From the human T2T-CHM13v2.0 reference genome, Homo sapiens, in assembly GCF_009914755.1 (NCBI RefSeq), contig NC_060935.1: a stretch of DNA of 64,000 nt; one strand, written 5' to 3'. This document shows positions 25,301 to 39,136 of this stretch, one piece after another. The position numbers were made by a program, and so were the translations under genes. How positions within the stretch are numbered: position 1 is the first letter of the stretch; every line of letters starts with the position of its first letter. The notes beneath the pieces are model-generated. The model was not told where the DNA came from. It did no database searches and worked only from the letters and a program-made list of their open reading frames with translations.

Positions 25301-28099
25301 ACCATTCTCTCCCCTCTGTCCAGAACTTTCTCCTGGCTTGACCTTAGCTCTCAGTTCAGATTTGTTTCCTCCTGGAAGCTCCCCAACATGCCCCTCCCTC
25401 CCACTCTGGGCTGAAATAGGGGTCCCTGCTTTATATCACCATGGCCCCTGAGTTTATCTCCCTCGTTGCCCTCCCCACACACTCTACCAACATCACTCCC
25501 TGTTTCTCCGCCTCCCCTCCCCCAGCCCTAGTACCTAGGTCTGTGCCACCTGCCAAGGGGCTGATGCAACATTGCTCAGGCTTGGAGGAAGGTGTGGGGA
25601 TTTTAAGGCCTGCATCCTGCTCATCTCTTCCCACCCTCTGTGCTGGGCACATAGCAGGTGTTCACTAATGTCCACCTAGGAAGTCCTGGAAGTACACATG
25701 TGTGACTCAGACAGGAAGGGCACTGTGCTCAAAGGAGGTAAGAATCCCTGGGCTGAGTGGAACTGGAGACTTCCTGGAGGTAGCATCTGGGAGGACCCTT
25801 CATATGTCAGTCCTAAGGCAGCAATTAGGGACAGTCTGCGGGAAGTGCCCAGGCCAGCCCTAGGGCTGTCAGAGCAAACCATCAGTGGAGGACTAGAGTC
25901 TGCAATGAGGGGGACTCAGTGCCTCGGGCTCAGGGTAGTGGACACTGGAGGAGCTGGCTGTGCATTCAGAGAAGCCTTCTTGGAGGAAGAGCTACTTCTG
26001 GCTGGCATGGGACAAGGAAGAAGGTAGAGATGAGTCAGGTTGGAGAAAGTGGTGAGGGACAGGGATATGGAAAAGAAAGCTCTGTAGCTTCTCGTCATTT
26101 ACCCTTAGGATGTCAAGATCAGGGAGGTCGGGGGATGGGCAGAAGGAGTAAAGAAGACTGAGGCAGAATGAAGATAACATCAGCACCGATGCCATGGTCA
26201 GGACGGGTATGGATAGCTGGGGCTGGCAGGGAGCAGGTCCCCAGCTGTGGCTGGGAAACATTTCCTGTCTCCTTGCCAGGGGGGTCATTAATAATCGTTT
26301 ACCCGCCGCAGGCAGCACAGAGGCCAGCCAGAGAGCAGCATGGTGCTAGGACCAGAGCCCAACCTGGCAGCAAGAAGTGCTGTCTTCTGACACCAGCCGC
26401 GCCACCCTGCTGTGAGACCTGCACCAGTCACCTGACCCTTCTTGGTCTCTGGAGCTACTGGTAAAAGAAGGGCCTGATGAGATGCTGCCTGATGAGATGA
26501 GAGTCCCCTCATCCGATGGACCCCAGTTTCCCTAGACAGAGCTGGACTGCCAACCCTACATGGCAGTTCCGGTCACTTGATGATAGGTGTGAGCATCTGG
26601 ACTCTGCCAGACCCAGCTCAGGACACACACGGTGGGTAGAGGAGAGACCCGGGCCCAGCCTCTGCAGAGCTCACATTCTGGTAGGAGCCAGACCCCAGCA
26701 CCAGAGGGTGCACATGCGGAGCCCCACAGAACCAGGCGCCCCAGACTGGGGGAAACACAGAAGGGTGGGCAACTGACAGCATGGCTGGACACAGAAGGTA
26801 GGAGCTCCATGAGGCCAGTTTGGCCACCACCATGACCCCGGCACTTAAAACTGTGCCTGCCTGGTACACAGCAGTGTTCCATAAAGACTTTTGGACAATT
26901 GCATGAGTTAACCTGCTGCTAAATGAGACATTTGTGAAAGGACCCTGGAATTTGGAAATAACTGCCTAAAAGATGATGAAGATGACAATGTCAACGACAA
27001 TGAAGATAATTCCAGCCAGAGACAATGGGATAAAAAAGGTACCGTGAAAGCTTGAGAAGGCTGGAGGCCCAGGGATGGCTACCCAAAGCCAGACAGTGTT
27101 GCCTGGGGAATGGCCAGCAAGATCCCTTTTGCCAGTCAGGCCAGAACCTTCCTCAGCCCCAGGCTGCATTTCTCTGCCCACCCCAACACCCCCTTCAAGG
27201 TCCAGTTCAAGCCTATTCATTTCAGAGAACCTTCTGGTATGTGACACTGCGGCATCGACCCCAGCCCCTTCCCTGACTGACTCAGACTTCTCTAAGCCTT
27301 CCAATCTCAAGGAACCTTGGATGTTTCTTCTCTCAAGCACCTGCTGGGAGGCAGCCCAGTAGGGTTTTCCCACAGCTCTCTCTGGAAGGTATGACCTCGA
27401 TCCCCCTACAGACTGCGTCAGTCTAGAGGGTCCCCAAAGGTGTGACCAGCTCTCTCCTTTCAGATAAGTGTCTCTGTGAGGATGGGGACTCTTTCTCCTC
27501 CATCTGACCTGGAGTGAACACAAATAGAACTAAATCGAGGTCTTCCTGGTTGTCTCCAGGGGCTGCAGCCACACAGAGAAGGGGCGAGGGCAGGTGAACT
27601 TGGAGAAGTGAGTGCTTGGCTGCTCGGCTGCTCAGCCCCGCTGACATGAGCCAGGAAGGGCGCTGGGCCACTATGGACTAAGACTGCATGGCTGGCAAAC
27701 TCCAAGCCCAGCCTAAGCTGTTCTTACACCAACAGGCGCCACCAAAGACACCACCCAGGCCTCACTGCCTGCGCCGTACGCCTCCCCTCTGCGGAGCACG
27801 AAGTGGTGTAGTAAACACAGTGACCTTGCTGCCACGTGCATCCTCTCCACACCCTCCTCCAAACCAAGGCCCCAAACACCAGTCAAACTAAGAGAACAAA
27901 GGTTCTCAGACCACGACATTGCCTGCCGCCCGCCTGTCCAGCGCCTGCTCCGCCGGAAACCCAAAACAAAGGGCTTGGTCAAGGCAAGGAGGATGAAGGG
28001 CAAAGGGTAGGGGCAGCTGGGGTTGGGGGGGCATGGAGAACATTCCAGGGCATCTCTAGGGACCTGATCAGGAGGGGAGCAAGAACAGGATGGCAGCCA

Positions 28100-29310
28100 A
28101 GCCCTTTTGCACACATGCGTCACTCCACAGACATTTATGGGGACACCCACTATATTCCACACGCCCCAAATGTTACAGACCTCATTCCTCACACACACCT
28201 CATGCACACACTGCCACCGCAGCACATTCTACAGTCCTCAACACCCCCAACACACACACCGCCAGCTCACTGGCCATCCTCCACTCACTCCTCACCACAG
28301 GCACACACAGCTCATGGGGAGAAAAGATCACATAATTCACACGTCACACCAAAAAGTCACCCAGCTCACACACCCTCACTTCACACCACACTCACACCGT
28401 CTCCCACCACGCACCTCACACACCTCTCACCTCCCCAGCCACAGGTGTATGCATCCAATTAAATTCAATACGCACGCCACCTAGACACAGAGACACATGC
28501 AGACACAACCTGCATAGATAATGTGCACACCTAATGTCACATGTTTGTGGGCACACACAGCCCCTCAGCATAGACAGCGCTGCTGGCCCACTGCCTCCTC
28601 CCACCCCACCCCATTCCCATATGCACGTGTACATGCACGCACACACACACACTCACACACTCACACACTTGTCAACTGGCTCCTCACCTCAGACCCCTCA
28701 GCCCTGGCTGCAACCCTTTCCTGTCCAGAATCGCGGGAGCAGCCACCACACAGACACATGACATTCAAACACCAGCACTCAGGTCCTAATAGATATATTA
28801 CCCAAGCAATCCCAGGATGTGCCATAGTGACTCTAAGCCAGCCACCTAGGCTGCAAACACATTGGCACACACGGCACCCCCTGCCCCAACTCCTCTCTGA
28901 CAAGACACCCAGTGGAAACCATCAGGCCACTGCAGTGGCCCTTCCTGGCCACACACAACAGCCAGTAACACACACAACTACATATAGAATCCTGTATGCA
29001 AGCTGTCCCTACAACAACTCCACTGTACAATAACAGACATACAGCCACATACACACAAGTTCTCTACACACACAACAGCCACACACCCAGCTACCACTCC
29101 ACAGCCACAACACTGCCTCCCCAGCCACACATAGCACACAATGCCATAGACCCATAATTCCCATAATCTCCCCACAAATAATCCCACTCTCGATGACACA
29201 TTCATACACGGCACAACACACATGATTACACACAAGACACACCCAACACATGCAACCCAGCCCGTGCTACACACAGACAGGAACACTCACACAAACACAT
29301 ACACTATAGA
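28100..29310. repeat. CA-rich low-complexity tract
   Basis: Dense CACA/ACAC content over about 1.2 kb. Confidence 0.8.
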
Positions 29311-30481
29311 CCCACCCAGCCTGGACACATCCCACCGCAGGTTGACACCAGATTGCAGTTTACTCTTCCCTATCTCAAGCCCTAGCCGCCCCCGTCAAGA
29401 CCAGGGCAGCTGGGATGAGGGGCTTTATAAGTTACAAAAGCCAGTGCCCACCACATCATCCCCCCACCACCTCAGATCCCTGGGCATCGCCTGAGGGCAG
29501 CACACTCCACATTTAGGCCCTTCCACCTGAGCCCACACCATGCCATGCCTGAGAACATGGGGGGCGGGGGTGTCCCAGGGACACTAGCCCTGCTCTCTGA
29601 GCCTGCCCCCTCCTCACCACAAAGCAGAGGTAGATACAAGAGGAAGGGGTGGCTGCAGAAAGAGACCCCAAAACGAAGATGGAGACCTAGAGAAACAGGA
29701 GAGAGACCAAGATAGACCAAGAGAGGTGGGCACATGGGGCAACAGACCAAATTAGAGAGCCCAGAAATACTTGAAGAGAAACCAGAGGAGAAGCCCAGAG
29801 AATAAAGTGGGACCACTGTACCTGGAGAGCAACAAGAGGAGGGGCCCCCCACGAGGAAAGACTCGGAGATCTCCAACACAGGAGGGAGGGAAGGGATCGG
29901 GGAGTGGGTCCCACAGAGAAAGCCAGTGAAGCCCTGATGGAAGGAGAGATTTGGACTCTGGGGTAGGTTCCAGGCTGAGGACTGAAGTCCAGATGTTTGG
30001 GTGGGAATCTGAGCGGGTGTCCAGTTGAGGCTTGGAATGGAGGTTTGGGGCTTTGGGTGAGGCCGGCTCTGAGGTGGAGTCCTGGATGACAGCTGGGGGT
30101 TCAGGTGCTCCAGGTGTGCCGGGAGCCCCACATATATGGTGAAGGTTCCGAGGCGTGGGCAGGGTCCCCACTAATCTAAGGAAAGGGAATTCGAGGCTTG
30201 GGCACAGCTCTCAGTGTGCACTGCGGTCCCACCGTGGACTGGAAGCTCAGTGCTTGGGGTGGAGCCCCGGATCCGAAAGGAGTTCAGAGTCTGGGGTGAC
30301 GTGTGGACTGAGAGCTGGGGCTTCAAGGGCTCTTGGTCTGCGCTGCCGTCCCAGCACAGGAGTAGAATTCAGAACTAGAGGAGGGGTCTCCTCCCTGAGA
30401 AGGGTTCGGGGGCGGGCAGACCCGGCCCGGCGCTCGCCGGACACCCCGTTCTCCTGGTGCCCAGCGCGGGGGCCCCCCTAC

Positions 30482-30500
30482 CTGCAGGCTGTCGGCGCAT
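30482..30500 (-). CDS. PDE2A: PDE2A1 start segment (MRRQPA+G) in the alternative frame of exon 2
   Basis: GCAGCCATGCGCCGACAGCCTGCAG; 19 nt plus the 62-nt cassette = 81 nt, phase 0. Confidence 0.85.
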
Positions 30501-30554
30501 GGCTGCGGCGGCGGCGGCGGCTCGTCCGGCTTGAGGAAGACCTGCTGGCCCCGC
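30482..30554 (-). CDS. PDE2A: PDE2A internal exon 2 (73 nt) used by the upstream first exons
   Basis: Acceptor CAATTCCTCAG|GCGG; 71+73=144 nt gives the 48-aa PDE2A3 N-terminus ending ...PCADSLQ. Confidence 0.95.
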
Positions 30555-30604
30555 CTGAGGAATTGGACAACAGCGATGAGGATGTGGTGCAGCACCAGGA
30601 CCAT
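30482..30604 (-). CDS. PDE2A: PDE2A2 first coding exon [41 protein letters not shown] (mitochondria-associated isoform)
   Basis: Strong Kozak GCGAGCATGG at 30604; 123 nt = 41 codons; donor CTGCAG|GTAGGG at 30482/30481. Confidence 0.95.
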
Positions 30605-32722
30605 GCTCGCAGCCGCCCGCCCGCCCGCCGGCCCGGCCGCTGCGCTCGGTCAGCGCGTCCGCGACAGCTTCGCCTGGTCCGCCCGAGTGTCCGCCCCGGC
30701 CCCGCCCCGGCCCGCCCCCCGCCCGCCCCCGGCCCGCCCCGGCCCCGCCTATGTCCCCGCCACCGCGGACCGCACCTCTCGGCCCGTCGGATCCTCCGAC
30801 CCCACCGGACACCCGGCCGCTGTCACCCCGCTTCTGTCTCGCCCTGGGTTCCCTCGGCCCTTCCAGCTGGCCTGCTGTCAGCCTGCGCTCGCTGCCCCTC
30901 GCCCCGTCGCCACTTCTCTCGCATCTCGCAGGGGCCGCTCTCAGAGCCTCCACCCTGTCTGATCGCACCCTGTTTCCCCGCCACCACTCTGGGGTCCGGG
31001 GCCCGGCCAGAGCCCCAGGCAGAGACCGGCGCAGTGGGGTGGGGTGGGGAGGGAAGGGGAAGGGGGGCAGGGGCCGCGGACACCGCAGGAGCCTCGGGCT
31101 TGCTCCTCTCCCTCAGCCTAGGAGGCAGGGGGAAGTCGGGAGAATGTTGGAGGTCGCTGTGAGACGGACAGGCCCTGGAGCAGTCGCCCATCTGCGAGGG
31201 AGACACGTGCGCACAGACACCGAGCGCACACACGGCGGCCGCCACTGACTGGGGCCCCCAGGCCTGGGTGGGCAGGTCTCTGTCGCCGTCCCCGGAGCCG
31301 GAGAGGGTGCAGGCCCCAGGGCCACACGGTCCGCAGTTCCGCGGTGGGACCCGCGCTCCGGGAGCGCGTTTCTCCGCAGAGCGGCTTCTGGGTTCAGGAG
31401 CCTGCGGCAGCCGCGACGCTCCTGCGCCCCCTGCCGTCCCATCGCGGCGGCGCAATCCGGCCTCAGTTGCCGGCTGCCCGGAGGGGCCGCGTCCGGGGAT
31501 TCAGCGGGTCACCGGGGTCAGCTCCCTGCCCGGACCGACCCGGTTCTTAGGCCTCTGCTTGGCATGAAAGCGGCTGGGGCGGCAGGACGTGTCTGGACTG
31601 GAGGGTGCGCTTGGGTCTCGCTAGGCCTTTGCCAGCGACTTGCCGCATGACCTTGCTCGGATCCCCTCCCCCCACTTCCTGGGCCTCAGTTTTCTCATCT
31701 CCCTCACAGGACGGCCAGGAGGACCAAACCCGGGAATGGCGGGAAGGTAGAGTCCCCCGACAGCCCTCAATGTGGTCTGACCTGAATCCCCCCGTCAACT
31801 GCACTGCCGGCCCCTCTCTCTGCAGCTCCCCTCCTCACCAACTCTTGGACGGTGACTCAGTGAGCTCCCAGCCTCCCAGCCTCCCAGCCTCCCAGCCTCC
31901 CCACCTCAGCTGGGTGATTCATCAGGGCCCTTTCTCCCTGGGGAGTGATTTTCTCAATGTTGAGTCATTGTGCCCATTCCTGGACACAGTCCAGGCAGCT
32001 GGCACATAGCCTTGGCAGAGCCCGGCCACCCCACCAACTCAGGGGGCGGCCCTCCATGCCAGCGTTTCTCCCACCTTTCTTTCTGAGGCATGCTCTGGCA
32101 TGCTCTCCCCCACTCACCCTCAGTGGCTCCCTACCACCAGCACAATAAAGCCCGAGCCCTGAGCCTGGCGGGCCAGACCCTCTACAGCTGAACCCTTGCT
32201 TGGTCATCCAGCTCTGACTCCCCTCCCCACCATTCCTTACATTTCTACTTCTTGCTCTTCTCACATCAATGACTGACTGACTCTCACCTCCAGGCCTTTG
32301 CCCATGCCACCCCACCCCCAATACCCTCCCAGATCCTTCCCTCCTGCCTGTCATTTAGGGGCCATTTGAAGGCCCACCTCCTCTGGGAGGGCTTCCCTGG
32401 TTACTATCTTATCCCTCTGGGTAGCCCTTTTTTGTGTCTTTCCTGGGAGTCACATCTGGGGACTTAGGAGAGGTGTAGAGTAAGTGATCTGGGCCAAGTC
32501 AATGTATTTTACTGAATCTTCCAAACAGGGGCAATTCATCCTACTTATTAACACTGTAGAAAAAATTACCTGGGCTAAGATGTGTAAAGGTTCTGGCCCC
32601 CACAGGGCCTCCCTTCCTATTTTTGGCCTCAGTTTTCTCTTCCGTAAAAGGGGATGACCCATGTAAGGGCTGTTGGAAGGACTAGGTCTGAGTCTGAGCT
32701 CAGTGCACAAGTCTCTTGGTAA

Positions 32723-33267
<545 letters not shown>

Positions 33268-33759
33268 AAGAAGTTATTTCTTCAGTCTTACTTGAATCTC
33301 TCAAACTACAGCTCAATGACTGGGGTCCCTGGTGTGTGCTCTATGTGTCCCTCAGCTCAAAGAGTCTTTCTGTGTCAACCTTTCAGATCCAAGCATTCCT
33401 CAGAGGGTTTGAGTCCTAACTGTGCCATAGACTTGCTGTGGGATTCTGAGCAGGCCACAGCACCTCTCTAGGCCTCTATTTCCCCATCTGTGAAATGTTA
33501 TTACACTAGACTCAATAAACAAGTGCACTGCTTTCTTCCAGTGCTTGGTAGAGTGCAGAGCCCTTTCAGAAAAACCCTCTCACACAATCCTTGAAATTCC
33601 CCAACCAGCACCCTTCCTGAGGGGGCAACCAAGGCTCCTTGAGTTGGCACATTTAAAGGCCTTGCCGAGCTCTTATAGCTAGGAGTGACCCCACTCCAAG
33701 GACTCCTCCACTCACACGCAGATCCCTACCTCACTCCAACTGCACAATCTGTGATCCTG

Positions 33760-33895
33760 TTCTGGGTTCTCACCCTGACTCATGTTAGAATTGCCTGGGA
33801 GCATTTTAAATACTGATATCTGGAACCCCCATCCCAGATGTTTGTGAATGTCCCCCGGTGATTCTAATTTGCTGCCAGGTCAGAGAACCCTGGAG
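33760..33895. mobile_element. MER5-family fragment
   Basis: GGTTCTCACCCTG...TTAGAATTGCCTGGGAGC...GGTGATTCTAAT...GAGAACCCTG. Confidence 0.65.
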
Positions 33896-33999
33896 TAGAT
33901 GCATCTCCTCCCTGGCTGACCTCTGTCCCATGGAGGTGAGGGCCAGGGCTGGCCCCTACTGGCCGAGTGTATACATCTGGGGCTGGGAGGCTTTCGCAT

Positions 34000-34190
34000 T
34001 TATTGAGCACATACTGTGTGCCTCACATTTCATCTTCTCAACAATGTTATAGGGTGGGATCTATTATTAGTCACACTTCACAGATAAGGAAAACTCAGGC
34101 ACAAAGTAAACTGCCCACAGTCACATAGCTTGTAAGTAGTCAAAATTCAAACCCAGGCCATCTCACTCCAGTCTGTGCCTTAAATACATT
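34000..34190 (-). mobile_element. MIR
   Basis: ACAGATAAGGAAAACTCAGGCAC...GTCACATAGCT...ATTCAAACCCAGG. Confidence 0.7.
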
Positions 34191-35620
34191 CCTTGCTTCT
34201 TGAGCAAAGCCAGGTAAGGAAATCAGATTTCCCAGCTCCTCTTTTGTCCCCAAGAATGCAGTGGCTGAGGGTCCTACTATCCCGGTGTCTGCACCCTCTG
34301 CCCATCTCGGACACCAGGAAGCCCAGTCCCAGCCCCAGCTTTCCTCCCAGCTCCAGCTTAGGAATGCATAGCCCAGCCCCTCTAGCCAACTCTTTTTGTC
34401 TTCCCACCTTAGAGGCCACTTGGCCTGGAAAAGGTGACTCAGCTGTCAGCCTGGGTCCTGGGCCCACTCAACCTCAGGCCCTGTCTAGGAACCAGCCCTG
34501 CCTTGTTCCTAATAAAAATGACACCTCTCATTGGTAGGGCCTTGTGCTGGCAAAGCATTTCCTCACCCAGGCCAGATCCAACAGCCTCAGGAGGCACGGC
34601 ATTAGCCCCATTTTACAAATAAGGAAAGTGAGGCTCAGAGAAATGTAGATGCTTACCTGAGATGGCACAGCTGGTTACTATAGGAATGTGAACCCTGGCC
34701 TATAGACTCCAAACCCAGTGCTCTTTGCACCAAGGATAAGCAGCTACTATGTAGCCCAGGACCCCCCAAAGCCAGGGCAGGTTCACTCTGACCATGTTCA
34801 CCCTCTGCTCATAATCTTCACTGGGCTCCCCATGGCCTCCAAGGCAACATCCAAACTCAGTATAAGATGCAAGGCTCATCCCCACGTGACTTTTTCCTGC
34901 TGCTTCTCCTACCACTTCCCGTCCAGCCATGCCTGACTCAGCTGTACCCTGAACCTCTGGCTTTTCTTCCACCTCTTTGCCTTTGCCCAACCTGTTGCCC
35001 TCCCATTTTGAATACCCTTCCAAAGGCATATCTGCCTGCCAATATCATACTTTCATTAATTCATTCATGCCATAAATATTTACTGAGAATGTACTCCATG
35101 CCGAGTTTTGAGGGTAAAGAAATTTGAAAGTTAGATCTTTCAAGATGCAGGAAGAAAACTGCCATCCAACGAGAAGTAGCCCCCACCATCTCCCCAGTCT
35201 ATAATGCCCTCTTCCTTCTTCACCTATCCCCAGCCCTCCCTCAAGAGCAGGGCCTGTCTGATTCTTCCCTGAGTCCCCATGGTCCAGCCAAGCTGGGAGC
35301 CCTGTGGTGCCCAGTGAGCTCTGGTGAAGAAGCACCATCTCTCCATCTCACACACTTGGTCCTGGCAGATCTCCATAGACTGTAAGTCTTTTCCTATCCC
35401 CCATGACCACATGTCTTGCTTCCAAGGGCCTGTCTGCTGCCTGACATGCATCTATCCTGTTGCCATGGACCATGGTTACACCCCCACCTGGAAGCCCAGG
35501 TTCAAACCCTAGCCCTTCCCTGACATGCTGGGTGACCTCAGGCAAGGCTTTGGCCCTCCCTGGTCTCAGACTTCTCAGCAGCCGTGAAGCTTGGCCTGCT
35601 TCTCTTTGAGTGCTCAGGAA

Positions 35621-36500
35621 GCTGAGGTGGAGGAGGCAGTATCCAGGCAGGCCTCCCTGGGCAGAAGGTACCTCTCCTGAGCAGATGGTCCTACGCAGGC
35701 ACCAGGCCCAAAGATATGGACAAGGGCTGGATCCTGGTATTGGAGGACCCTCAGGAGAGGCTGTGTGTGACTTGCTCTCTCTGTGACCTGGGCTAGAGCC
35801 CATGGACTAAAAGAGGGCCCCACTTCCAAGGGCTCTGTGAAGGGACAATCCAAGATGCTTCCTGGAAGAAACTGACATCTCTGCAGGTTCTGCCTCCATC
35901 CAGACCCTTTCCTCAACACTCCAGCCCTGGAGTGGGCACAGGTGTTCACCTGGGCAGGGGTGAGCCACCCTTAGGCTGCTCTGTACGTGTGTGCATGTGT
36001 GTAAGGCTGCACACAGGCTTGTAAGCATGATGTGTGTGAGGGTGGAAGAGAGTGTGAGCACAGGTTTGTATCCTTGTGAGGGTGTGTGATACTGCAGTGG
36101 TATAGCTGAACTTATATGTGTATACACAGATACGTCTGTGTATCTATAGGGGTTGGCACGGGTGTGTCTATGCAGATAGGCATGTGTCTGTGTGCAGAAG
36201 TGAGTGTATATTCACACATGCAGGTATATGTGTGCAGTGGTGTGTGTACACAAGTGTCCAGGAATAGCATGTGCGTGCTTTCACGTGTGAATGTGTGTGC
36301 AAGTATGTGACACGTGTTTATGCTCTAGCCCAGGTCAGAGAGAGAGCAAGTCACACACAGCCTCTCCTGAGGTTCCTCCAATACCAGGATCTAGCCCTTG
36401 CCCCTATCTTTGGGCCTGGTGCCTGGGTAGGCCTGTCTGCTCAGGAGAGGTACCTTCTGCCCAGGGATGCCTGCCTGGATACTGCCTCCTCCACCTCAGC
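35621..36500. repeat. Inverted duplication: arms 35621-35799 and 36322-36500, 522-bp spacer
   Basis: Manual ungapped alignment: 169/179 identical in reverse complement. Confidence 0.97.
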
Positions 36501-38229
36501 ACCTGCCAGAGGTGCTGCCCATGGCCACCAGTCCAGATCCAGCTCTGTGTCCGCTGGCTATGGCTCCAGATGTGGGGGTAGCCCTCACAGAGAGAGGATG
36601 TGGCCACGGGCAGGTGCTGGGGACAATGTGAATTTCAGCTCCTAGTGGGCAAGGCCTGTTCCCAGAGCCCTGGCAGCAGCTCTGGGTCAGGAAGGGTACA
36701 GGCTGAGTGAACTCAGGCCCAGGGGATGGGGGCTGTAGGGTGGGTCGGCCACAGGCCTCATCCATTTTCATGTGATTTGCATGCATGTTTGTCTTGTCTG
36801 CAGCAGATGGCTGGCCCCATGACCCTCTGGGGGAAGGGAACCCATAGGATTCTAGTCCAGGACTAGTCTAAGACCTGCCAGCTCACAGGGGATAAAGTCC
36901 AGGGGGCTCGAGCCCCAGCATACCTTAGGCCTTAGTCTCTGCTCCCCATCATCCAGAGACCCCAAGATCCTTCCTTTTCACAGGCTGCCCTGGGCCACAG
37001 AATCTTACACACATACACCCCTATGCACAATTGGAGTCTTTCCATAGATACACGTCCATGTTCCTATCACGCCTACACCCCAGTCCTCTACACAGACACA
37101 CATCCTCAAGCACATGCTCACACAGCTCCTACACAGAGGCACAGGTGGCCACGCCTGCTTCTGTGCCTCCTCTTCGATGCCCACACTGGCTGGAGTCATC
37201 TTTTCCACACCTAAATCTGATTCTGCCTCACCCCCACCCATATGGCTTCCTATTGCCAGCAGGACAATTGGAGCCCTGGTCCTGGCCTTCAAGGCCTTCC
37301 AGGTCCTTAAGTCTGGACAAAGCCTCCTCTCATGCTGCGCCCACACTCTGCCTTCTGGCCACTCTCCCCACCACTCACCAATACTTCTCATCACGGTCTG
37401 GAAGAGCTCAACCTTCCCACCATGCTGTCAGCTCTGTTTTGCTCACTGCTGTTTTATCCCAGCAAATAAGAACAAGTCTTGACCCAGAAGAATTGCTCAA
37501 AAAGACATCTACAGACTACAGGAATCAGTGATGGAACTGCCTCCCAGCCAGGTATGCCCCCTTTTGTAGGACTTACCCAGCTATATTTGTGTCCCTGTGT
37601 GCCTCCCCCATCAGACTGGGGCTCCTCTAGGCAGAGACTGAATCTGATTCAGCTGCACATGTCCGTGTTCAGCATAGGCCAGGCACAGAGCACAGGAGTT
37701 GGGGCTGGATCAGAGGCAGTGCCTAGGGTGCAGCAACCCCCTTTGTGAGGCCCAGGGACGTCTGGAAGGTGGGGCTGGTGGGGCCCCCAGAGCCAATCAC
37801 ACAAAACATGATTGTCTCAGGGAAGTGGCCTCCAGACTGCTTCCTCTGCCCCATCTGAACCCCTTTCTGGAGTCACTCTAGCCATTCAGCCCCTACCCTG
37901 CTTGCACACTCCCAGGGACAGGGAACTCACTTTCTTACCAGCCGGCTCCTTCCCACGTGGGATGGCTGTGCCTGACACAGACTCCTTCCACAGCGCCATC
38001 CTGTCAACCCCTGATCATCCTGAGCCACAGATTCCCATGGAAACCAGAAAGGAAGATGAGCAAAAGGAGAGGCAGATGCCAGCTTTCTTAGCAGCTCTAA
38101 CAACCTTTCCAGCTTTGGGCAGAGTTGGGAAAAGGAGCTCTTGCTTCTCAGCCTACCCCAGGGACAGAAGACTCCCCCAGCCCCAACCGCCGTCCTCAGG
38201 AACCTGGAGCAGTGCAGAGACAGCCCTGA

Positions 38230-38535
<306 letters not shown>

Positions 38536-39080
38536 AACCCCAAGAAACTCTTCAGCAACCTCCACTGAGCCACATCCCCTTGCTGAGCCCCCATCCTTCT
38601 CTCTGAGTCTCCACCCTCTCAAAAGGTCTCCCACCCACAGAGCCCTTGGCTCCATCCTAAGCCCCAGCCCATCACTAAATCCCCAGCCCCTTCACTGATC
38701 CCACACCCTTCAAAGACTCCCACTATATCTCTCATCCCCCCGTGCCCCACCTCACCGCAGATAAAGGTCCCAATCCTTCCCCAATCTCCTCCCCTTAGTG
38801 GCACCTCCTACCGTCCAGGCTGCAGAACCTGGAGGGGCTGCTCTGACTCCAGCCCTAGGAGTCCCATGGAGATGCCTCCTCCTGATCCTGGTAGCAGGCT
38901 GGGTAGGGGACGAAGGAGGCAGGCTGGTCCTCTGCCAAAGGCAGCCACCCAGAGCCCTGCCCTGTACCACCAGACAGCTGCAGCCCTGAGGCTGCCCGGC
39001 TTTCCTCCACCTGCTATTCCTGGGCTGGCCCCACTCCAGGGGTGCCTCAGGCTAGAGTCAGTCCCTGACCCCAGTCCCCA

Positions 39081-39082
<2 letters not shown>

Positions 39083-39131
<49 letters not shown>
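39083..39131. repeat. (AC)24 microsatellite
   Basis: Read directly. Confidence 0.95.

Positions 39132-39136
<5 letters not shown>

Larger units (their letters stand above)
30260..31640. promoter_or_regulatory. CpG island / proximal PDE2A promoter with clustered GC boxes
   Basis: Very high GC and CpG density relative to the flanks; repeated CCCGCCC at 30690-30750 upstream of ATG 30604. Confidence 0.92.

Noticed and set aside
30155-31455. Long overlapping ORFs across the CpG island (335, 197 and 210 aa)
   Set aside because: Stop codons are rare in very GC-rich DNA; only the PDE2A exon segments are supported.
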